Shown: piece by piece, positions 13,618-30,469 of the stretch | How positions within the stretch are numbered: the first letter of the stretch is position 1 | How the letters are laid out: the number at the start of each line of letters is the position of its first letter | Assembly (NCBI RefSeq): GCF_009914755.1 | Contig: NC_060925.1 | Strand: one strand, 5' to 3' | DNA length: 64,000 nt | Source: the human T2T-CHM13v2.0 reference genome, Homo sapiens | Translations under genes and position numbers: made by a program | The notes under the pieces: model-generated | What the model was told of the DNA's origin: nothing | Seen by the model: the letters and a program-made list of their open reading frames with translations, nothing else | Database searches by the model: none

Positions 13618-15127
13618 TTTATAAAGTGAAAACAATATGATCACTTAATTACTCAAGTGGAGCTGAAGAAAATTTCAGAGAAAAAAAAATAAAGCTTGGA
13701 ATGCACTTTAGAAAAACACAAAAGGGAACACAAATGCTTCATAACAAATCTCTTAGGAGGCCAATATTGAAAGAAATAACAAAAGATGGTAAACATGATT
13801 AAACAAAATGTCATCAAGGAGTAACAAAAGTATTACTCAAAATAAAACTTCTCTTAGGAATTATCCAAAGAAAAGTAATTGTTTAAAAAAGAATTTCCAC
13901 TTCTATACAACAAAAGAAACCCTGATTTCATTTATTTCACAATACAATACACATTTACTTAGAAAAAAATGAGTGCAATAAAAAATGAAATTGCTTTTAA
14001 ATTGAAGAAAGGATTGCTATGTCTTCTTTTAAATAAACACATTTGATTCAATTTTGACTTATTGCTCACAAAATAAATTTATATTTATTACAGCGAGAAC
14101 TGTCAGATATTGCAAACTTCTTTGTCTTTTGAATAGTGTGCCTTTAATAGAACACATATAGCATAGTTCTAGGGATTAGAGTCTTCTGACTTCATTACTA
14201 TTTTTACAGTAATTTATATCTTGGTTTCTTCAATTAGAAAAAAAAATCGGGCCTGATTTTTTATTTCATTTACTAGCTCAGCTGTTCTCACACCTACCTG
14301 CTGAATTAGAAGGGACAAGTATAATCCATCTTCTTACAGAGAAGGAAAGGAAGGTTCAGAATGATTATGTGACCATTCCACATCATTTGACTAGCAAAAA
14401 TAAGTGGCAGAGGCAGGGCTAGAATGTTGGACTTCAGATCTCTTACTTCTGTGTGCTAGTGCACCATTCTTAGTCCAGCACAGACAATTCTCAAACAGAT
14501 TAGCAAACCACCCTCTTGAAATTGCAAGAATTGTTACCATGTGATCAAGGCATCATAATTAATGCAAACCCTAGTTTCTAGTTGGGAAAGAGATTAAGAT
14601 GGAGACTTTGTAGTAAAAGATGGACATATATTTTATTCACATAGCTTATTTTATTTTGAATGAAAGAGCCAAGCAAACTCTAGCCTTGGCCTGTTCCTGA
14701 GGAGGTGATCTCTGAAATAAATGTGCTGCAGAGTTGGGGACATGGGGGCTGGCCTTTTATAGCCCTGTATTATTCAACCATTAGTTATGAGCTGGAGATG
14801 GGGAGGGACAGGGAAGTTGAAGGGGGAGGCATGGGAAACCTTCCTGGTGAAGTGGCTCTAGTCAGCAGATGGCAGTTCTCTGGTGGAGGGTAGACTGGTG
14901 CTGGGGCCTGGTAAAGGGAACCTTAATGGTGTGTTATAGCATCCAGTATAGGTAGTAATTTATGTCTCACCCATTTTATCTAACAACCTCTATAAACTAG
15001 CCTAAAAAAAGTAACTGTGGCTATAATGTTGTGGTTATTGGTGTATAATGAAATTGTTCACCCCTTCTTTCCTTCTTTTCTTCTTTCCCTCCTTCTGTAA
15101 TAATGTTTTTCTATTTTGCAGAGGTAA

Positions 15128-15326
15128 TTTTTTTTTTTTTTTGAGATACCGTCTTGCTTTGTCACCCAGGCTGGAGCACAGTGGTGCAATCATGGTTTGC
15201 TGCAGCCTCAACCTCCTGGGTTCCAGCAATCCTTCTGCCTCAGCCTCCTGAGTAGCTTACTACAGGCATGTGCCACCATGCCTGGCTAATTTTTTGTAGA
15301 GATGAAGTCCTACTATGTTGTCCAAA
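15128..15326 (-). mobile_element. AluJ, partial
   Basis: Right arm plus the start of the left arm; flanked by gtaattttttttt. Confidence 0.85.
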
Positions 15327-15366
15327 CTAAAAGTAATTTTTTTTTCTAGAGAGTTTAGAGATTTAG

Positions 15367-15773
<407 letters not shown>

Positions 15774-16589
15774 TGACCTTAAACTTAAACTATCTAAACT
15801 TTAATGTTCTTCCTCATAGGAAAAATGGGGCTAATAATGTTTCCTGACATAATGCATTTAAAGCATGGATGCATTAGGTGCTCAATAATTGTTATCTATC
15901 CCTTTGGCTTAGTAAAAACCATTGTCAAAGTTTTTGTGTATATGACTTTTAAGTTTTCTCTAAATTATATAGACAGTATTTTGAATATTGGAATCATGGC
16001 AAATAAAACTGTCCATCTAAATCTTGTCGTGGTTTAGATTTAGAATATTCTGTTGTTGTTACTAAGTAACAGACTGGTTATCCTGGGTTGGAGGGTGGTT
16101 CTCATTTTAGCCTAGCTACAAGCTGTTTTAACCAACTGGTGTGATAATTTTTTGGCTTTTTGTAAAAAATTGAATAGTGGAGAAAGAAATGCCAGAAGAC
16201 CTGACTGGCATTTCTAGATGCCATGACCTAGAGAAATTGATACATAAAATTACATATACATACATATGTGTAGCTAATACAAATGATAGTAGATCACTTT
16301 GAAAATATAAAGCAAGCTTAAAGCTTAATCATCACCAAATAGCAACAACGACAATTGTAATATTATGGAAAGGTTTGAAATTGTTTGTGTCATAAAACGG
16401 CAAAGAAAGGAAATTTCCTGTTATATGTTTTTCATATTGCATGAATTTTTAGCATGGAACATTTAAAAATATTTAATGCCAGGTATCCTCTTGTGCTTTT
16501 GGTTCTCAAAAATCAAATACCCTTTGTAGAAGGCAAAATAACACAAATTGCAGAGTGATTTTGTTAAGCAATTAGAGTGGTTATCTCTT

Positions 16590-17480
<891 letters not shown>

Positions 17481-17586
17481 GAAATTAAAGGAACATTTAC
17501 TTATAATGGATAATAGGAATCTACATATCTTCCAATTTTCATTTTTACAAGTTGTACCTAATAATGTCATCATATTTACAGGTATT

Positions 17587-17970
17587 GTGTATTAGTCAGG
17601 ATTCTTCAGAGAAACAGAATCACTGGGATGTATGTGTGTGCACACATGTGTGTATAGAATTGGCTCACGCAGTTATGGAGGCTGGCAAGTCCAAAATCTG
17701 CAAGCAGGCTAGAGACCCAGATAACTGCAAGTAGAAGGCCATTTGCTGGAGAATTCCTTCTTGCTCAAAGAAGCTGATTTTTGTTCTATTTAGACCTTCA
17801 GCTGATTGGATGAGGCCCACTAGATTGTGGAGGGCAAACTACTTCATTCAAAGTCCACCGAATGTTAAACTCATCCGAAAACACCCTCGCAGAAACATCT
17901 AGAATAATTGTTTGACCAAATATCTGTGCATCATGGCTTAGAGAAATTTATGCATAAAATTAGCCATTGC
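17587..17970 (-). mobile_element. MLT2 (ERVL) LTR
   Basis: tgtattagtcaggattcttcagagaaacaga...gaattggctcacgcagttatggaggctggcaagtcc. Confidence 0.85.
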
Positions 17971-18010
17971 AGATATCTAGTAATAATAATGGCCAATTTT
18001 TCTGTTTTAG

Positions 18011-18361
<351 letters not shown>

Positions 18362-19146
18362 TCAGATAAACATTTTATAAGCATCATTTCAGTGAATTCT
18401 CATGCAATCCTTTGGGGCAGGTGTTATTATTACAACTGAGGAACTAACACTAAAGGAAAGAAAGAAACTTGTTTAAGGCCATATACTTAATAATTGGTAG
18501 AAGCACGGCATGAATCTGGTTTGTATGATTCCAAAATCCATGTCCTTAGCAAACAAGCTATACTGCCACTCCAGGGCTGCAAATCTGTTTGCCATGCTTT
18601 GGTCACTTTTAAGAGAATACTCTAACAGCATACGGAAAATGTACTCAGGGGAGAGAGTGTTTTAATTTTTTTAGCTATAGCGAGTTATAGCTCAAAAAAT
18701 ATATCATTTTATTGAGTTACAGCTCAACAAACATTCAATGTTTGTTGAATTGAATGAATGAATGTTTGTTGAGCTATAACTGCTAATTATTTTTTCATTC
18801 AATGATTATTGAGCTATAATAACTACTGGGATGTGTTAAGCTAAAAAAATATCATGTTGAGTAAGACAAAGTCCTTGCCCTCAAAATCCAGTAGGGAGTT
18901 CAGAGAAATAGGCAGTGTGCTAAAGCATGCATGAAATGTTTTGAGACCATGTAATACGAACACCTAGTCCTGGAGGGCCAGGGAAAACTTACAGAGGAAA
19001 AGACATCCAAGTCGAATTTTGAGGGCAGACTAGATGCTAGTCAAATGAATAGGGTTAGAAGAACTTTTTACAGCATAACTAGGATCCAATTTTCTCACTG
19101 GTAAAATGAGTGTTAGAACTGAAAAAAATGTCTTGAAAATCTCTTC

Positions 19147-20060
<914 letters not shown>

Positions 20061-21069
20061 CTTTCCAATTTTAATATTTTCTTATTTTATGGCAACTAAT
20101 TTGAACAAAAGTAAGGCAGTGGTAATTTGGAGAGACAGCACCTTGATTACAAATGCTTAGAAACAATTGTTAAAGTAGTCTACACCTATAAGTCAAAGTT
20201 CTTTCCCTAGCAGAAGGTCATAATCTGGAGGAGCCCTCAATGCTTCTGCAAACTTGAAGGTCTTTCTTTTTCTAGGAGTAGTCTAGGAGTCTATAAATAG
20301 CTGGGAGAAGGTAGGGATGGGGTTCTGGCTAATGAGAGTGGACTCAGTGTTAAATCTTTAGGTTCTTCTGGAAAGATTTACAAAGTGCCGTGTATTCTCT
20401 AGTCTGGCCTCTGGTCTCTAAATTACAGAATCAAGCTGATTCTGTTTTCGATTGGTTATCCCTCACCAAAGTTGGGGTAATGGCCTGCAGTACTACTTCC
20501 TTCCTATGCCCAGGTCATCTCCAAGGTCAACTGAGTCTAAAGATATGCCTGAGAACTTGGTGGATTCTTCTTACACATCAGATCTGCAACAGCCAGGACC
20601 TACCCTCTATATTGAAGTAAGGCACCTGGGGATAGGGAGGAGCTATGCTGTTCAGACTATAATCCCCATTTTGGTGGGGGATAACCACCCTGAAACCATC
20701 AGCTTAATTCTCTAACCTGGATGCCAAAGGCCAGATTTCCTAAATTCAAGGAGAAAATGGTATAACTGTGGAGGGAATATTAGAATTTTCAGATCTGGAA
20801 ATCCTTTCCTTGCTTCATTCACCGAGCTGCTGAAAAATATATTGTATAGAAGGGAAAAATAGATCCAAATACCATTTTAATATAATTATTATAAAATATA
20901 CTGATTTTTAACTTGTAAAACTACATATTTTGTAATACTGTGAAGTATACCTTATAGCATACCTCACATGCTATGTTTATCTCTAAAATACACATTTAAA
21001 AAAAACCAAATTAAGGTTACGAGTATGGATTCTGGAGCCATGCTGCCTGAATTTGAATCCTGGTTTTAC

Positions 21070-21368
<299 letters not shown>

Positions 21369-22096
21369 TGAATCCTGGTTTTACTTGTTATATAACTTTA
21401 GACTATGTAATCTCCTCTTTTCCCTCATCTCTAAAGTAGGGATAATACCTACTTCTCTGGATTATTTTGAAAAATAACTGATATAATATTTGTAAAGTGC
21501 TTAGCACCATGTCTGACATATGAGTTTCTCTACATTCACTTCATCAATGGAGAAAATAATGAAAAAATGACCACTAAGTATGCATTCTCTATAAACTTCA
21601 AAGAAGTGGCAAATTAATTCTGCATTACATAAAAAGATATTGCTTAGATATTGAAGCAAACAAAAATATAAACTATCTGAATCTTCATCACTTTCACTTT
21701 CAGATGGCACTCTGCTTTTAGGTAGAATTCACAGCTCTCATTTTTTATTTGTTCATATGTAGTAAAACCTTCATGTAATATATTTCAGAGCTTTTTTACT
21801 GTGACTTTGCTGGCCCTCTCTCACTTCCAGTTTATTTGACATTTCTTGCTTAACGTTTTTCAACCCATCCCCTTCTAACGTCTAGAGAAATACTGATTTG
21901 CTAATTTCTCTGACTGACAAACTTTGATTTGTTCACCAACATGATCTACAATGCTATGATTGTTTCTGAGACCACATTCACAGAGAAGAAGCTGAGGGGG
22001 TGAATTTTGTGTGAAATACAGTGGGTAAAACAGAAAGGATTTATAAGATATGAAATAGTGATTTTTATGAGCTGGTGTATCAGCACATATGCTGAT

Positions 22097-22337
22097 TTTT
22101 CTTCTTTTCTTTTTTTTCTTTTTGTTTTTTTGAGACAGTGTCTTGCTCTGTTGCCGAGGCTGAGGCTGGAGTGCAGTGGTGCAATCATGGCTCACTGTAG
22201 CCTTGACCTCCCTGGCTCAAGCAATCCTCCCGCCTCAGCCTCCTGAGTAGCTGGGACTACAGGCATGTGCCACCATGTCTGAATAATTTCTTTTTTATTT
22301 TTTGTAAAGATGGGGTCTCATTATGTTGCCCAGGCTT
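22097..22337 (-). mobile_element. AluJ, partial
   Basis: gcaatcatggctcactgtagccttgacctcc is AluJ-type. Confidence 0.88.
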
Positions 22338-22587
22338 ATGTTAATTTTTATTTAATATTTTTGTCATTGAAGATGAACTTTCTTCCTTCAGAGAACAATT
22401 TCTTCTCTCCTGGTCAGACTTTTAGTGAAGAGACCAGCTGGTGTTTGGGACATCAGAATCTACTAACATTCCCAGAAAAGTCATGCTGTGCTTTGATATT
22501 ATGTACTTTTACTGAAGAAATAAAACTTTATGTGGGAGAAAATCTGTAAAACAGTTTGTATGTAGAGAAAAATTCTCCCACACAATG

Positions 22588-22955
22588 TGTATTACTTCGT
22601 TCTCACGAGGCTTTGAAGAAATACCCGAGACTGGGTAATTTACAAAGAAAAGAGGTTTAATTGTCTCACAGTTATGCATGAATGGGGAGGCCTCAGGAAA
22701 CTTACAGTCATGGTGGAAGGGGAAGAAAGGCACCTTCTTCACAGGGCAGCAGGAAGAAGGGCTGAGCAAAGAGGGAAAAGCCCCTTATAAAAACATCAGA
22801 TCTTGTGAGAACCCAGTCACTGTCATGACAACAACATGGGGTTAGCCACCCCCATGATTCCATTACCTCCCACTGGGTCCCTCCATGACACATAGGGATT
22901 ATGGAAACTACAATTCAAGATGAGATTTGGGTGGGGACACAGCCAAACCCTATTT
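22588..22955 (-). mobile_element. THE1D-like MaLR LTR
   Basis: gaaatacccgagactgggtaatttacaaagaaaagaggtttaatt...gagatttgggtggggacacagccaaacc. Confidence 0.88.
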
Positions 22956-24033
22956 TCCCTCTGCTCTCACAGCACCACAGCATCAACACAGTCCTTCCAT
23001 GACCAAAGGAGTGGAGCTTTTTTTTTTTTTTTTTTTTTTGAGTCTTGCTCTGTCACCCAGTCTGGAGTGTGCAGTGGTGTGATCTTGGCTCACTGCAACC
23101 TCTGCTTTCCAGATTTGAGCAATTCTCCTGCCTCAGCCTCCTGAGTAGCTGAGTAGCTGGGATTACAGGCATGCGTCACCACACCTGGCTTATTTTTGTA
23201 TTTTTAGTAGAGATGGGGTTTCCCCATATTGGCCAGGCTTGTCTCGAACTCCTGACCTCAGGTGATCCACCTGCCTTGGCCTCCCAAAGTAGGAGTGGGT
23301 TTTTCCCCACACCTAAGCAGCAGACACCAGTTGGGTATCCTCCAATTTCATTCTGACACTATTTCCCTGGAGATAGCATCAGAGCCTACAGGTTGAGGGA
23401 TCAGTCCCACAAGACCACCTCCTCCTTACACCCAGTCACAACTCCAGGCCTCTGGAACTTCTGACTGACTGGCTTCAAGTTGGGGTTCCCACCTCTTTGG
23501 AACTTCAAGGTGGAGCTCCCACCTCTTTGGAATTAATCAATTTCTTTGAGTTTGATTAATTTGCTAGAGTGGCTCACAGAACTCAGGGAAAACACTTAAG
23601 TTTGCTGGTTTATTGTAAAGGATATTACAAATGATACAGATGAAGACATGTATACCTTTATAAGGTAAGGTATGTGGGATGGGGCACGCAACTTCCATGC
23701 CCTCTGGGGTCATGCCAGCCTTCAGGAACCTCCATGCGTTCAGCTGTCTAGAAAATTCTGAACCCCATCCCCATGGGTTTTTATGGAAACTTCAAGACAA
23801 GCATTCCTTTCCCTCAGTGTATAGGGTGGGACCCTCTCTGCAGACAGTCTTAAGATGGGGGTGCAGATAAGAGTTCTGCCTTGGGGCAGGTGAAAAGAGG
23901 GAAGAAGGTCAGAGAAATTCTTGTTTTCTGAGGCTTAACATACCCAACGTTATAACAAAAGACTGTAAAAAGGGCTATGGGAGTTGTAAGCTAGGTACCA
24001 TGGACAAAAACCAACATATATAATAATACCACA
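22956..24033 (-). mobile_element. MER21-type LTR interrupted by an Alu (23018-23290, minus)
   Basis: ctgacactatttccctggagatagcatcaga, gctagagtggctcacagaactcaggg, aaggatattacaaatgatacagatgaag. Confidence 0.75.
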
Positions 24034-24618
24034 GTTTGCTAAGAAGATAAATTATTATTACAACTGGCAAGGTGAGTGATATGTGATACATGAGGGGCAT
24101 AGATAAATGCTTTTAAGCAGTTAACAAATCACATTTTTTGTGTGTCCTTTATATTAAAAGAACTTTGTTAAATGTTTTTTTAACCCTGTAGAAAAAAAAA
24201 CCCCACATACCTGTCTTGTCTATTTCTGTAATCAAGATCACATTTATTTCCTCTGAATGTGCCTTATGACATTGTCTCTCTTTGCTTTTGTATCTCAGGA
24301 TCTATCTGGGGTGAGTGATGATGGGAAGTCAAAAAGACCATTTGTCCTGGGAGTTTCATTCAAAAAGCGTTTTAAATTTAGACTTCATTATTTTCAAATG
24401 GAATAGAGACATAAACAATGCTATTCTGTAAACTAGTATTTTTGCGTTTCTTTACTTTTAAAAAATACATTAAGAGGCTCAAAATTGAAAAATCTCTTGA
24501 CTGGTGAGAAGCACTGCTTTTCTTTTCTTTGAATCAGAATTTTCCTTCCTTGCTTTTATTACCAGCTCTCAAAATCAAATCCATCCTGTATAAGCCATAA
24601 AGAAGACTTTAAAAAAAG

Positions 24619-24804
24619 ATACACACACACATATATATAGATAGATACATATATAGATATATATCTATATATAGATACATATACACATATATAGATACAT
24701 AGATAGATATAGATAGATACATATATACATACATCTATAGAGATAGATACATATATATATACATCTATATAGATAGATACATATATGTATCTATACATAT
24801 ATAG
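24619..24804. repeat. Compound (TA)/(TAGA)/(TACA) microsatellite
   Basis: Read directly. Confidence 0.95.
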
Positions 24805-25021
24805 ATGCCTTCTGGGGGCACACCAGCCTTCAGGAACCTCCACGTGTTCAGCTATCTGGAAACTTTCTGAACCCAGTCCCCATGGGTTTTTATGGAAACT
24901 TCAAGACAAGCATTCCTTCCCTCAGTGTATAGGGTGGGACTCTCTCTGCAGACAGTCTTAAGATGGGGGTGCGGTTAAGAGTTCTGCCTTGGGGCAGGTG
25001 AGAAGAGAGAAGAAGGTCAGA
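24805..25021 (+). repeat. 217-bp dispersed direct duplicate of 23697-23913
   Basis: Manual alignment gives ~18 differences (~92% identity). Confidence 0.93.
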
Positions 25022-25121
25022 TACATATATATGTATCTATATAGATGTATGTATATATATGTATTTTTTAAAAGTCTTATGGCTTATAAAGGATGCATTT
25101 GATTTTGAGACAAGGTAATAA

Positions 25122-25448
<327 letters not shown>

Positions 25449-26166
25449 TGATCAGGCCGGGTCTAGTCTTTATACTAGTCTGTAGGCTGCATGTGCACAA
25501 GGGCCTTGTCTTATTCTCTCATGTGTTAGATGTCACTTAGAAACTTAACAAAAATTCTTTTTGAATGGAGGACTATGATAACTCCATTTCTGGAGAAGGA
25601 GGTTTAAAATAGATTTTATTATTTTCTCTGTCTCTCTGTTTCTTTCTCTGTCTCTATCTCTATTATTTTTTTTCTCTGTCTCTGTCTCTATTATTTTCTC
25701 TCTCTCTCTCGTATGCATAAAACAGTTTTGCAGGATTGGATTAGGTATTCTATACATTTGCAAATATTTTAATTCTTGTAGCCCCTCTAATATAAGCCTA
25801 ATTTAATGTGAAAGCTCAAAAAACTTTCTGCTTAACTAGAAAATCCTTCCTCTGGACATACTCAGGGCTACTTGCAATGTGATTAGTGACATCCTTCTTT
25901 AGTAGCAGAAAAGAAACATTCCCTGGAGCTCTCAGAGGTCATTAAACAGATGTCCAATTATTGTCTAGATGACGTTTGGCAATATCACTACCAGATGGCT
26001 TTATTCTGGTTATCTTCCAATTTTTATGTCTCTACCCCTATTTATCTTCATGGGGTTCTTTCTGTAGTTAACAACAACTACGTCTCTAGGAAATCTACAT
26101 CACAGAACATATTGGTCTTGAGTTGGTTTCCTCAAGACTGTAGTTCTTTCTATATACATATGTAAA

Positions 26167-26284
26167 TGAGACAGGGTCTCACTTCATTGCCCAGGCTGGT
26201 GTCAAACTCCTGGGCTCACATAATCCTCCCGCCTCAGTCTCCCAAAATGCTGGGATTACAGGTGTGAGCCACTGCACCTGGCCA
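26167..26284 (-). mobile_element. Alu left monomer (FLAM-like)
   Basis: gagacagggtctcac...gtgagccactgcacctggcc. Confidence 0.85.
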
Positions 26285-26764
26285 TGCAAGGCATTTTATA
26301 GAAAGTGTTGGAGTGTGTGGGAAATAAAGTAAATGAAAAAAATTTGTACAAGAAAGTAAATGTAGTCATGACACTCCACTTGACTCAACAGTGATGAATA
26401 TTTACATAATTATAAGAATGAAACTTCTGTGTTTGGCTTTAAATGAGACAGAAAGAGAAGGAGAGAAAGAATTATATTGGGAGGAATAGAAGAAGGGGAA
26501 GATGGTGAGTGAAATAATTTACCATATTGGAAAGTTAGTAAATAACTAAAATGTGATGAATTGAGAGATAGTGATACACACATACCATTTAGAGTTTTAA
26601 AAGTAATATTAAAGAAATGTTAAAACTGCAAGTAGGACAACAAGGTTGGCAGGCAAGTAGAACTTGGAGCTATTATTTTGTTATTGTGGTAAGCCTTTTA
26701 GCTCTGCATAAACCTAAAAAAATTTTGTAAACATAATACTCTGATTAAAAATCAGTATTAATTA

Positions 26765-26956
<192 letters not shown>

Positions 26957-27188
26957 ATTAGTACTAATTAAAACAATCTATTGAGGAAAAGTTCTGTGTA
27001 TAATTTTTTGTTTTGCTTAGTTTCAAGTCAGTTCTACCTAAAATAGATGGTGGTAGAAATTTAACAATTATCCTTAGAATTTAGATATAAAGATACATTG
27101 GATAATTAAAAGTAAAAACTAAAAATACTAGGAAAGTCAATTCACAGTGGTTAAGAGCCACCATACACTTTTCATACCATTTAACAGG

Positions 27189-27553
27189 TGTATTAGTCTG
27201 TTCTTATACTGCTAATAAAGACATTCCCAAGACTGGGTAATTTATAAAGGAAAGAGGTTTAATGGACTCACAGTTCCATATGGCTGGGGAGGCTTCACAA
27301 ATCATGGCAAATGGCAAAGGAGAAGTAAAGTCACATCTTACATGGTGGCAGGCAAGAGAGCTTGTGTAGGGGAACTCCCATTTATAAAACCATCAGATCT
27401 CATGAGACTTATTCACTATCATGAGAACAGCTTTGGAAAGACCTGCCGCCGTGATTCATTTGTCTCCCACCAGGCCCTTCCCATGACCTACAGGAATTAT
27501 GGGAGCTACAATGCAAGATGAGATTTGGGTGGGGACACAACCAAACCATATCA
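27189..27553 (-). mobile_element. THE1B-like solo LTR
   Basis: tgtattagtctgttctt...ccaaaccatatca; TSD acagg/acaag. Confidence 0.9.
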
Positions 27554-27661
27554 ACAAGATATACTAAATGATCAAAATTCCTATATAACAGATAGCATAT
27601 TATGACTAGAGAGGATCCTAGAAGTCCTTATATATTTTATCTTTTTTTTTTAAGACATTTT

Positions 27662-27793
27662 CCAGCTTGTCATGGTGGCTCATATCTGTAATCCCAGCAC
27701 TTTGGGAGGATGAGGTGGGACAACCACTTGAGCCCTGGGGTTCGAGACAAGCCTGAGTAACACAGTGAGACATCATCTCATAAAAAAAAAAAA
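27662..27793 (+). mobile_element. Alu monomer (FLAM_C-like)
   Basis: Left arm plus A tail. Confidence 0.82.
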
Positions 27794-27917
27794 AGACAGA
27801 AGAAACATCTTATTGCCTTGAAAAAAATGTGAATCATATTTTGTTTTATAGACAGAAATTGATTACATGAAGAATCAAGTGGTTTGTTAAAAATATTGCT
27901 GTTTTAAAAAAACTTAT

Positions 27918-28397
27918 GTGATAGAAAGTTACTATTTCATCAGTTAGTTTTGTCAAAGTCAAATAAAAATGTAGAGACAAATCTATACACAAAAGGTTTA
28001 ATTTGAGAAAATAGAGTTGCAATTTGTGGTATACAAACAGCCTGGTGTGGTTTTTAGTATATCTGAAGAACAAAGAGAAGGTTGAGTGTTTTATTAGAAA
28101 GATACATGTTACATATTGTTTTGTAAGGAGCTTACTGGCAGTAGTGAAGTTTCTGGGAGCTGGCAAGCTCTGGTGAATGATGGCAGTAGGAAAAACTAAC
28201 CTTAGAGTCATGGCAGGTCATTTAGGTAGCTGCTAGGTAAAAATGGTCTTACATTGCACAGGCCATTTCAGCAGCTGAGCTTGCAGGAGAATTCTTGAAG
28301 CAGGTGCTATGTACCCTGAGTGCTTTTTCCCCTGGTTCCTCCATTCCGATTCACTTGGGTATGACAAAAATAACTCAATTCATACCACCAGTTTTCA
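27918..28397 (-). mobile_element. ERV1 MER4-group LTR (MER67-like; family tentative)
   Basis: TG...CA ends; ttgggtatgacaaaaataactcaatt terminal motif. Confidence 0.5.
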
Positions 28398-30106
28398 GTT
28401 TATTCTATATTATAAAACATTAGGATTGATTTGTTAATATATGAGCTGCTCTTATAAAAGGATCGTATTTTAGTGATCTGATCATTAGGGCTTTCTTTTA
28501 ATTTCAAGTTGTACTTACCTGGGCTCTTGGATCACGGTGAGTAGCATGCCAACACCAAGGACATAGCTCTTTGGAAAGACTTTAATTTAAAATATTTTCC
28601 TTCCTTTTTTGTAGGCTGGATCAGGAAGCTGTTTCTGGTCTAGAAATGAAGTGTTGTCATGTTCACATCCAGCCAGCTTGGGGTCTGAAGGGAAGTGTAC
28701 AATCTGTGAGAAGACTGTGTGCTACTCTGCAAATTGCAGATAATTACTCTGAACAGAGAAGTCCTTTGAAGTTGCTGCATGAGGTCAGTAGAAAGTGTGT
28801 GAAGCACCCACATGAAATGAATCTTTTGTTCATTACTTCTGTGCTCACAGAGGGGTTGACTGCATTGGGTTATTCATCTTCTTTCCCTATGGAAACTGAC
28901 TGTGGAGTTCTGTGCCAGGCCCAGCATGCATCTTCTTCCCAGGCTGCCAGATTTCACAGAATGTTAAATAAAATCTGCTTTTATTTGCCCATAACTGCTC
29001 TTCTGTGGGTTTACTCAGAAATAAGACCTGTTAAAAATGAATTACTTTTTAGAAAACTAGCACAGTTTAAAACCCTTATTGCACTTGGGGCAAACTGAAC
29101 TTAGTATGCTGTTGTGCAGCAGGCGATTGTTGAAAAATGCTGAAAAATAAAGCAGAGAGCAAGGGCCAGAAGCTCCTCTCAACATGGAAAGGGTGTTGAG
29201 AGCAAAGTGGTCCTACAGTTTAGTTTTGCAGACACCCAAACTTGCCCTTCTCTGGAAGTTAAAATGTTCTTAGAGAAATAAATAAATAAAATTCCAAATA
29301 TGTTACATTGATGGTCTGAAAGAGATGGGAAAAAAGTCTTGGGGAATATTTCATATGAAGGCAATATCTGATCTTCTAAGAAATATCTTCTGAAGAAACT
29401 GGTTAAAAAATTAAGACTCCTTTGAGGGATGTAGTCTTGGTTACCTTGCTGCCAGAGCGGCAGACTAAAGATCACTAGCTTGTAGTCAGTCATGTTTGTA
29501 TGCACCCATTTTCCACTCAATGACAAAGGGATTCAAGCTTAGGTTCTGGGTATCAATTTGCAGATGTGTCTATCTGCTTTTCCTAATTCCTCTAGTTCAT
29601 TCTGCCCTCTCCCCTTTCCTGTTTTTTTTTTTTTTTTCCTGCAGTTTATTTGCTCTACCTAACACTGACTTTAAACTAGAAAAAGCGTTTTATTGCTTTC
29701 AGATTCTTTCAGACATATTCTTCTTGCCTCTGTAATGAAATGAAGCACTTTTCTGATGGCAAGACACATGCCTTTTTTTGACTCAATACCCCAATATTAA
29801 ATCATTAATGTAAATAATTTTTATATTCATTTTCTGTTACTGCTTAGTACACCTGGCACATGGTAGGGTGTCCCCACATAATTCATTATCCAAAGTGAGA
29901 CACTTCTGGGAACAAAAAGGTATGCAGTTAGTAGTTATACTAAGACACCAGGTGCAAATTGAAATGTAAGTTCAGTTTATCAATAAACATTTGTGAAATA
30001 TAATTTATTTCTTTGGTGATATCCTGCCCATTATAATTAACTTTTACCTTTCTAATCTCAGGAATCTTCTTATGGCTGCTTGAATAACTTCTTTCCTTTT
30101 TAGAGC

Positions 30107-30433
30107 CTTTTTGTTTTTTTTCCTGAGATTTTTACTGTTTGTCGAGACAGGCTGTCAGTCTGTAACCAGGTTGATGTACAGTGGTGTAATCATAGCTCAC
30201 TGCAGCCTTGATCTCCCAGGTTCAAGGGATCCTCCCACCTCAGACTCCTGAGTAGCCGGGACTACTGGTGTGTGCCATCATGCTTGGCTATTTTTTTTAA
30301 TTATTTTTTTTTTAGTAGGTACGAGGATTTGCTATGTTGCCCAGGCTCGTCTTGAACTCCTGAGCTCAAGTGATCCTTTTGCCTTGGTCTCCCAAAGTGT
30401 TGGGATTAGAGGAGTGAGCCACCATGCCTGACC
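30107..30433 (-). mobile_element. AluJ
   Basis: Diverged dimer, catagctcactgcagccttg. Confidence 0.9.
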
Positions 30434-30469
30434 AAGATTGTACTTCCTAAAACCACATTAGATGACTCA

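Noticed and set aside
22531-22582. 10-bp inverted repeat tgtgggagaa/ttctcccaca
   Set aside because: Short, with a 32-nt spacer; compatible with chance.
24559-24843. Tyr/Ile-rich 94-aa ORF
   Set aside because: Translation of the TA-rich microsatellite.
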